Positions 56,237 through 64,000 of a stretch of 64,000 nucleotides of DNA are shown piece by piece; positions within the stretch are counted from its first letter, which is position 1, and each line of letters starts with the position of its first letter. The stretch comes from an uncultured Rivularia sp. (GTDB lineage Bacteria; Cyanobacteriota; Cyanobacteriia; Cyanobacteriales; Nostocaceae). Where the stretch lies: the NCBI GenBank assembly GCA_963665115.1, contig OY762007.1, forward strand, positions 5,760,001 through 5,824,000, given 5' to 3'. Made by a program: the position numbers and the translations under genes. The notes beneath the pieces were generated by a model, which saw nothing but the letters and a program-made list of their open reading frames with translations, did not search any database and had not been told where the DNA came from.

Positions 56237-56710
56237 TTACCGACAAGCCTTCAACCGATCTTTCTCACCAATCAAATATTCCGGCACCCAGAACTTATCA
56301 ATATTCATCACAATCGCTACGGGTGCAAAAGTATCGAATTCTTTTCCCGATAAATGTTGCGGTGGTAACAAACCAAAAAATTCATTATATACCGTCACCT
56401 CAGTAATAATCTCATCAAATTCCGCTTCCATCTCATCAACCAAAACACAGTGGATTCCCCCATCATCTTCGTAATATTCTTCCTCATAGGGTTCCCAGAT
56501 AGGAGGTATAAGTTCGTGTTCCAAATATTCCAGACGTTCAAATTCCTTAACGGGGATTATCGCCGCAACATCTTCCCCAGTTTGCTGTAAAACGATACGT
56601 CTTCCCGCTAAAACTACTGTTTTCAAGGCTTCTAGCAAATTGCCTCTAACTTCCTCAATACTTGAACGAATAAAGCCTTCATCTTGATTAACGTACTCTT
56701 TTATCATCAT
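56237..56710 (-). CDS. Acidic protein with Phd/YefM-like domain(s)
   Basis: 'IEEVRGNL.E.L..V...GRRIVLQQTGEDVAAIIPVKEFERL' matches the Phd antitoxin pattern. Confidence 0.6.
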   Translation of the reverse strand: MMIKEYVNQDEGFIRSSIEEVRGNLLEALKTVVLAGRRIVLQQTGEDVAAIIPVKEFERLEYLEHELIPPIWEPYEEEYYEDDGGIHCVLVDEMEAEFDEIITEVTVYNEFFGLLPPQHLSGKEFDTFAPVAIVMNIDKFWVPEYLIGEKDRLKACR

Positions 56711-56802
56711 AAATGTAATCCAAACGTAATCTAATAGGTCATTTAGTCTAGAAATCCGGGAAAATAATAAATTAAGGCTAACCTAAATTTTTCTTGAATT
56801 TT

Positions 56803-59800
56803 ATGGCGAACTCATTTTTGCAACATATCCAAAGCCCCAAACGCCCTGTTGTGGTGTTTGATGGCGCTATGGGAACCAATTTACAGGTACAGGAACTCAC
56901 TGCTGATGATTTTGGCGGTGCGGAGTACGAAGGTTGTAACGAATATCTCGTTCACACCAAGCCCGAAGCTGTAGCGACGGTTCACCGTGGTTTCTTGGCT
57001 GCTGGTGCGGATGTAGTTGAAACCGATACCTTCGGCGGTACGTCAATTGTACTTGCCGAATATGACTTGGCAGACCAAGCTTATTACCTGAATAAAGCTG
57101 CTGCGGAATTAGCGAAGAAAGTTGCGGAGGAATTTTCGACACCAGAAAAACCCCGCTTTGTTGGTGGTTCGATGGGTCCTGGTACAAAGCTACCAACTTT
57201 GGGACATATTGACTTCGACACCTTGAAAAATGCTTATGTCGAACAAGCAGAAGCGTTGTGGGATGGTGGAGTTGATTTATTCATCGTCGAAACTTGTCAG
57301 GATGTGTTGCAAATTAAAGCAGCGCTGAATGCAATTGAAGAAGTTTTCGAGAAGAAGGGAGAAAGACGCGCTCTGATGGTTTCCGTAACTATGGAAACTA
57401 TGGGTACAATGCTCGTCGGTACCGAAATCGCTGCGGTGGTGACAATTTTAGAACCCTACAAAATTGATATTTTGGGGTTAAACTGCGCTACCGGGCCAGA
57501 TTTGATGAAGCCGCATATCAAGTATTTGTCGGAACATTCACCATTTATTGTTTCCTGCGTACCAAATGCGGGTTTACCAGAAAACGTCGGCGGACAAGCG
57601 CATTATAAATTAACTCCAGTAGAGTTAAAGATGCACTTGATGCATTTCATCGAAGACTTAGGTGTCCAAGTGATCGGGGGTTGCTGTGGGACACGTCCCA
57701 GGTCATATTGAAGCTTTGGCAGAAATTGCTAAGGATTTGACACCGAAAGATAGAAAACCGCAAACTGAACCGGCTGCGGCTTCGATTTACGGTACTCAAC
57801 CATACGATCAAGATAATTCCTTCTTAATTATCGGCGAACGTCTCAACGCTAGCGGCTCCAAGAAGTGCCGTACCATGTTGAACGATGAAGACTGGGACGG
57901 ATTGGTGTCTTTGGGACGTTCTCAAGTCAAAGAAGGCGCACACGTACTTGACGTAAACGTTGATTATGTAGGACGCGACGGCGTGCGTGATATGCACGAG
58001 CTAGTCTCGCGTTTGGTGAATAATATTACCTTACCTTTAGTACTTGACTCCACCGAATGGGAAAAAATGGAGTCCGGTTTAAAAGTTGCTGGTGGTAAAT
58101 GTTTGCTTAATTCCACCAACTACGAAGACGGCGAAGAGCGGTTTTTGAAAGTTTTGGAATTGGCAAGAACTTACGGTGCTGGTGTCGTAATTGGTACCAT
58201 CGATGAAGATGGGATGGCGCGAACGGCTGATAAGAAATTTGAAATTGCTCAACGTGCTTATCGTCAAGCATTAGAATACGGTATCCCCGCTCATGAAATC
58301 TTCTTTGATAGTCTAGCGCTACCGATTTCAACCGGAATTGAAGAAGATAGAGCCAACGGTAAAGCAACTGTCGAATCAATCCGTCGGATTCGTCAAGAAT
58401 TACCGGGATGTCACGTTGTCTTGGGTGTTTCCAACGTTTCCTTCGGTTTAAATCCCGCAGCACGGATAGTTTTAAACTCGATGTTCCTGCACGAAGCAAT
58501 GCAAGCCGGAATGGATGCGGCTATTGTTAGCGCCAGCAAGATTTTACCGCTTTCTAAAATTGAACCAGAACACCAAAAAATCTGCCTTGACTTAATTTAC
58601 GACAACCGTAAATTCGACGGCGATATCTGCGTTTACGACCCCTTGGGCGAATTAACAACAATGTTTGAAGGGGTTAGCGCCAAACGCGATAAAGGCGTTG
58701 ACGTTAGTTTACCAATTGAAGAACGGTTAAAACAGCACGTAATTGACGGCGAAAGAATTGGTTTAGAAGATGCTTTAAAAGAAGCAATGGAGAAATATCC
58801 GCCGTTGGATATCGTCAACATCTACTTATTAGATGGAATGAAAGTAGTAGGTGAATTGTTCGGTTCCGGACAAATGCAGCTACCTTTCGTATTGCAATCA
58901 GCCGAAACCATGAAAGCAGCGGTTGCGTTTTTAGAACCGCACATGGAAAAATCGGAAGGTGAAGTAGATAATGCCAAAGGAACCTTTGTTATTGCTACCG
59001 TAAAAGGTGACGTTCACGACATTGGTAAAAACCTAGTGGACATTATTTTATCCAATAACGGTTATCGGGTGATTAATCTGGGAATTAAACAACCAGTAGA
59101 AAACATTATCCAAGCCTACGAAGAACATAAACCCGACTGTATCGCCATGAGCGGTTTATTAGTGAAATCAACGGCGTTTATGAAGGATAATCTACAAACC
59201 TTTAATGAAAAAGGAATCACCGTTCCCGTAATTTTGGGTGGTGCAGCTTTAACCCCCAAATTCGTTTATGACGATTGCCAAAACACCTATCAAGGTAAAG
59301 TAATTTACGGTAAAGATGCATTTTCCGACTTGAATTTCATGGAAAAATTAATGCCAGCTAAAACTGGTAATGATTGGGATGATTTCAAAGGTTTCTTAGG
59401 TGAATTTGCAGAAGCAGAAGTATCTCAAAACGGAAACGGACATAAAGCAGCAGAAGAAAAAGCTGTAGAAGACAAACCCGAAGAACCAAAAATCATTGAC
59501 ACCAAACGTTCCGAAGCAGTCGAAATCGAGACCGAACGTCCCACACCACCATTCTGGGGAACCAAATTATTACAAGGAGAAGATATTCCCCTCGAAGAAC
59601 TATTTTGGTACTTGGATTTACAAGCATTAATCGCCGGACAATGGCAATTTAGAAAACCCAAAGACCAGACAAAAGAAGAATATCAGGCTTTCTTAGCAGA
59701 GAAAGTGCATCCAATTCTAGAAACCTGGAAAAAACGGGTAGTAGAAGAAAACTTGTTGCATCCGCAAGTAATTTACGGTTATTTTCCTACTCAATCCGAA

Positions 59801-60340
59801 GGAAATACACTGCATATCTACGACTCCGAAAACCATTCCCAAAAAGTTACAGAATTTGAATTTCCCCGTCAAAAATCGATGCGTCGTCTGTGTATAGCAG
59901 ACTTCTTTGCTCCCAAAGAAACCGGAGTAATTGATGTCTTCCCCATGCAAGCCGTGACGGTAGGTGAAATAGCTACCGAATTTGCTCAAAAGTTATTTTC
60001 CAATAACGAATACACAGATTATCTGTACTTCCACGGAATAGCAGTGCAAATGGCAGAAGCCCTCGCCGAATGGACGCACGCCCGAATCCGCCGCGAATTA
60101 GGCTTTGCAGACGAAGATCCCGATAACATTCGGGATATGTTAGCGCAAAGGTATCGCGGCTCGCGCTATAGCTTTGGATACCCAGCTTGTCCGAATATTC
60201 CAGACCAGTACAAGCAGTTGGACTTGTTGAAAACTGACAGAATTAATTTGTTTATGGACGAAAGTGAGCAGATTTATCCCGAGCAAAGTACGACAGCGAT
60301 AATTACTTATCATCCCGTAGCTAAATACTTTAGCGCTTAA
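56803..60340 (+). CDS. metH: Cobalamin-dependent methionine synthase, split by one extra base at 57697-57699
   Basis: [32 protein letters not shown] (B12), [10 protein letters not shown]. Confidence 0.97.
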
Positions 60341-60346
60341 TTCAAA

Positions 60347-60427
60347 CTCCCCTCTCCTTAATAAGAAGTTGGGCTGGGGTAAGTAAGCTCCCCTCTCCTT
60401 AATAAGGAGAGGGGTTGGGGGTGAGGT
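60347..60427. repeat. CCCCTCTCC-hairpin repeat, left of DUF559 (one degenerate and one intact copy)
   Basis: CTCCCCTCTCCTTAATAAG occurs twice; the second copy continues GAGAGGGGTTGGGGGTGAGGT. Confidence 0.85.
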
Positions 60428-60509
60428 AATTTAACGGATGTCAAAAACCAATCAATGTAATTAGGCTGATATTAAATAAAAACACATTAATATCAACCTA
60501 ATTATCAAA

Positions 60510-60878
60510 ATGACGAAAATTTATAACAAAAAGTCAGAAAAAGAAAAACGGCGATCGCTACGTCAAAATATAGTAAAAGCCGAAAAAATAATTTGGGAAA
60601 AAATAAGAAATAGACAAATAGAAGATTGTAAATTCCGCAGACAATATAGTGTCGATAAATTTGTCATTGATTTTTACAATCCTATATTAAAGCTAGCAAT
60701 AGAAATCGATGGTGAAAGTCATTTTTACGATGGTGCTGCTGAATATGATAGAGAAAGACAAAGTTATATCGAATCGTTAGGAATTAAATTTATTAGGTTT
60801 ACTAATAATGATGTTTATCACAATTTGGATGGTGTTTTAGAAAGTATTGCGTTGAAGGTGAGAGAATTGAGGGGTTGA
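60510..60878 (+). CDS. DUF559 (Vsr-like) endonuclease-domain protein
   Basis: 'RRSLRQN...AE..IW...R', 'KFRRQY', 'IDFY', 'AIEIDG.SH', 'D..R...I...G...IRF.N'. Confidence 0.92.
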   Translation: MTKIYNKKSEKEKRRSLRQNIVKAEKIIWEKIRNRQIEDCKFRRQYSVDKFVIDFYNPILKLAIEIDGESHFYDGAAEYDRERQSYIESLGIKFIRFTNNDVYHNLDGVLESIALKVRELRG

Positions 60879-60905
60879 GGTTATCTGTTAGAATTCAAAG
60901 GGAAA

Positions 60906-60944
60906 ACCTCACCCCTAACCCCTCTCCTTATTAAGGAGAAGGGA
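60906..60944. repeat. CCCCTCTCC-hairpin repeat, right of DUF559 (inverted)
   Basis: 37/39 identical to the reverse complement of 60389-60427. Confidence 0.88.
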
Positions 60945-61284
60945 ACTTGTAAAATGGTAAACCTAGAGCATTTTCGCCAATCAATTCAAACAATTTTAAC
61001 TGATAAGATTTTGCAAAATTTTGGGGATATATTAGTTTTCTTTTTTCTAACTGCAATTCGTTTAGAAATATATGAACATCTTCAAGATTAAATTTAGTTT
61101 TTAGACTATACCCACATTCTTCAAGATACGCTTCTTCTTCACTAGAATTTTCCAATCCACTAACTTCAAAATCCCAAGTTTGAGAATGGTAAAGAGATTT
61201 CGCATCAATTAACTCTCCTTCGTCATAAACTTCTATGTAATTTTGAGAATAAAACAGCTTCATTTTCTGAATGAAGTTATTCAT
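60931..61284 (-). CDS. Hypothetical acidic protein
   Basis: 117-aa ORF in AT-rich DNA; its stop codon lies inside the repeat; no family recognised. Confidence 0.55.
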   Translation of the reverse strand: MNNFIQKMKLFYSQNYIEVYDEGELIDAKSLYHSQTWDFEVSGLENSSEEEAYLEECGYSLKTKFNLEDVHIFLNELQLEKRKLIYPQNFAKSYQLKLFELIGENALGLPFYKFPSP

Positions 61285-61377
61285 GGTAGATTTTTATTTA
61301 CAGCTTAGTATCTTTAATTAATATTCCCAGTTTTTATCCATCATTATCTAAGTATACAAATATTCATTCCACCTTCA

Positions 61378-62199
61378 ATGACCAACCCAAAACCAAAAAA
61401 CCTTTTAATAATCAACCTTTTCAAAAAAATGCTTTTATCCCTAATCCTTATCTACCTAACCTTCGCTATCGTCATCTACTTCCAAGTAGAAAAACTAATC
61501 TTCCTTCCCCCACCTTCCACCTATCAAGATACTGACGAAATAATCAAACTAACCAGCGAAGATGGAACCAAACTTTCCGCAATTCACCTATCAAATTCCA
61601 ACGCTAAATACACAATCCTCTACGCTCATGGGAACGCATCTGATTTAGGTATGATTAAACCCAAATTAGAACAATTACAAGATATTGGTTTCAGCGTTTT
61701 AGCTTACGATTATCGCGGTTATGGAACTAGCGAAGGAAAACCATCAGAAAAAAATGCTTATAAAGATATCGATACCGCTTACAATTATTTAACCCAAGAA
61801 TTAAAAATACTACCCCAACAAATCATACCTTTTGGACGTTCTGTTGGGGGAGGTTCGGCAATCGATTTAGCTGCAAGAAAACCTGTTGCTGGTTTAATTG
61901 CCGAAAGCACTTTTACTTCTATATTTAAAGTTAAAGTACCGATCAAAATTTTACCTTTCGATAAATTTCCTAATTTAGCAAAAATTTCCCAAGTAAAATG
62001 TCCAGTATTAATAATGCATGGGAAACTCGATGAAGTAGTTCCCTTTTATCACAGCGAACAATTATTAAAAAAAGCTCCTTCACCAAAACTATCCTTATGG
62101 CTAGAAGACGCTAAACATAATAATTTATCCTATGTAGCTGGGGAAAGATATACAAAAATTTTAAAAGAATTTATCGAACTAGTTGATAATAATTCATAG
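61378..62199 (+). CDS. Alpha/beta hydrolase with N-terminal TM anchor (ABHD17-like)
   Basis: HGNA, YDYRGYG, GRSVGG nucleophile elbow, HG..DEVV, KHN. Confidence 0.92.
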   Translation: MTNPKPKNLLIINLFKKMLLSLILIYLTFAIVIYFQVEKLIFLPPPSTYQDTDEIIKLTSEDGTKLSAIHLSNSNAKYTILYAHGNASDLGMIKPKLEQLQDIGFSVLAYDYRGYGTSEGKPSEKNAYKDIDTAYNYLTQELKILPQQIIPFGRSVGGGSAIDLAARKPVAGLIAESTFTSIFKVKVPIKILPFDKFPNLAKISQVKCPVLIMHGKLDEVVPFYHSEQLLKKAPSPKLSLWLEDAKHNNLSYVAGERYTKILKEFIELVDNNS

Positions 62200-62255
62200 T
62201 ATTCTTGTGGCATGGACATCCCTGCCCGTCCGAATTATATTTTATATTAATATTT

Positions 62256-63077
62256 ATGCCAGAAGGACCCGAAATTAAACAAGCAGCCGACAAAATCAAA
62301 GCCGCTATTATTCATTCTCCAGTAGAAGAAATCTTCTTTGCTTTTGAACGTCTCAAACCCTATGAATCACAATTAAAGCACCGCCGCATCACAACTGTAG
62401 ACACAAAAGGAAAAGCGATGTTGATTCGCTTCGATAACGAACTTACTATTTACAGTCACAATCAACTTTACGGTAAATGGATGATACGTAAAGCTTACGA
62501 TTATCCCAAAACCAACCGCCAGCTACGTTTAGCAATTCACAATCATCAAAATTCAGCATTATTATATAGCGCTTCCGATATAGAAGTTTTAGATACAGAC
62601 GAATTAGCACTTCATCCCTTTCTTAATCGTCTTGGTCCTGATATCTTAGATCAAACACTTAATACAGAACAAATAATTGATAGATTACAAGATAAAAAAT
62701 TTTCTAAAAAACGTTTTTCTACCTTATTTCTAGACCAAAGTTTTCTTGCTGGTAATGGTAATTATTTACGTAGCGAAGTTTTATTTGTCGCAAGAGTACA
62801 TCCCAATTTACGTCCCATAGATTGCAATAATAAGCAATTACATCAACTTGCCGATGCAGCGCTTACTATTCCTACACAATCTTATCAAACTAAAGGTATT
62901 ACTAATAATCTAGAATTAGTCGAGGAATTGAAAGCAAAAGGATACAAACGGCAGGAATACCGTCATTGGGTATTTGGACGCGAATCAAAACCTTGCTTTA
63001 TTTGCAATACTTCTATTATTAAAGATATTACAGGTGGAAGGCGATATTATTATTGTCCGCAATGTCAAAAACAATAA
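62256..63077 (+). CDS. nei: Endonuclease VIII (Fpg/Nei family)
   Basis: MPEGPE N-terminus, 'HNQLYGKW', H2TH 'G.GNYLRSE', C4 zinc finger. The ORF extension to 62205 is REP-derived. Confidence 0.93.
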   Translation: MPEGPEIKQAADKIKAAIIHSPVEEIFFAFERLKPYESQLKHRRITTVDTKGKAMLIRFDNELTIYSHNQLYGKWMIRKAYDYPKTNRQLRLAIHNHQNSALLYSASDIEVLDTDELALHPFLNRLGPDILDQTLNTEQIIDRLQDKKFSKKRFSTLFLDQSFLAGNGNYLRSEVLFVARVHPNLRPIDCNNKQLHQLADAALTIPTQSYQTKGITNNLELVEELKAKGYKRQEYRHWVFGRESKPCFICNTSIIKDITGGRRYYYCPQCQKQ

Positions 63078-63665
63078 TCATTCCATTCAATCTTGAATTA
63101 TTGTTACAGGCTTTAATAAATATGACATTGCTTACAAACCAGATTTATAAATACTATCGAATATGTCTTTGTTTAAATTTACCGACATAGCAAGTGAATC
63201 AGTTTAATTCTGAGTATTGCGATAAAAAGATAAATATCTTTAGCAGAAATAGCCCTTCAAGCGACCTTTGGCAATAACGTCATTATTAAGTTATTGGAAA
63301 AAACTCAATTGTTCCCTGTTTACAAATATGTAATATTAAACAATAGTAGAGCCTCATTTATAAGTTAACTTTTGTTAAATCAAGTAATTTAAATATAGAT
63401 TAATAAAAGTTGTAAACTGCTCCTCCGTTAATTCGTAGTATTAACAACAAAAAACGAATTATAAATTAACAAGTTTGTCCAAAATCTCATTTTTAGTTCT
63501 AAAATTGACCTATAGAATAGTAAATTCTTAAAATATATCAAGTAATAACTCAATATATTAAGTTTTTTATAACACTTGTGTCGGGATGTACGTTAATACC
63601 GGACGTTGCTGTTTAAATTGTGTATCCTGAAAACAACTAATCAAATTTTCATGAAATAGAGGTCT

Positions 63666-63902
63666 ATGACTCCTAAAATTATGCGTCAAGTTTGGTCTGT
63701 AGTTGAAGAAACACAAACCAAGACATTGTTACACATGGATGATGCAAGCTTGGTTCAATTGTTGGTAAAACAAACTTCAAACCAAGCATTGCTAGATTGT
63801 CACGAAGCCGATTTTCTTTGCGATTACATTCAATCCCGACTTCCCCTTATCCGCGATATAGCCCATGAACGCCAATACAATCTACAATCAACGTATAATT
63901 GA
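63666..63902 (+). CDS. Small hypothetical protein
   Basis: 78 aa, AGAGG before the ATG; resembles a conserved cyanobacterial small protein. Confidence 0.7.
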   Translation: MTPKIMRQVWSVVEETQTKTLLHMDDASLVQLLVKQTSNQALLDCHEADFLCDYIQSRLPLIRDIAHERQYNLQSTYN

Positions 63903-64000
63903 CGAACAAGTCGTTAAAACATTATTGTTCCTCAGTCAAAAGCAAGAGCATATAACTTTTCACAAACAGCTCGCGCTACAAAATATAGATATTTACGCTT

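Noticed and set aside
56711..56802. Cobalamin or SAM riboswitch upstream of metH
   Set aside because: The region is about 90 nt, AT-rich and lacks the consensus elements.

Overview
AT-rich chromosomal window from a filamentous heterocyst-forming cyanobacterium (Nostocales; Rivularia/Calothrix-like is my inference). The assignment rests on frequent HIP1 GCGATCGC octamers, heptameric STRR arrays, a hormogonium-polysaccharide (hps) locus and CyanoP. Most of it is core genome: rlmN, era, maf, psbP, PP2C-ftsY-nusB-DUF502, the hpsA-K-type cluster, rpmB, htpG, clpB, an SLH porin, eno, argC, ribBA, metH and nei. Small accessory inserts (P1 peptidase, AAA ATPase, LysR/oxidoreductase, DUF2278-LTD, DUF6887, DUF559) sit among a dense set of GTAG-type REP-like palindromes and MITE-like elements. 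I found no rRNA, tRNA, CRISPR array or transposase. Main observations: (1) a DUF559 endonuclease bracketed by 39-bp inverted hairpin repeats, with a gene-less copy of the same hairpin 22 kb away, a candidate nuclease/repeat system analogous to RAYT-REP; (2) an ArgC whose catalytic Cys is replaced by Ser, with other motif changes; (3) nested REP cassettes, one carrying a cargo gene; (4) eight conserved genes each broken by one extra base, seven of them an extra C in a G-[AGT]-CCC run on the coding strand, most likely assembly error; (5) an uncalled 59-aa Cys-rich ORF. Family names come from my recognition of motifs, not database searches.
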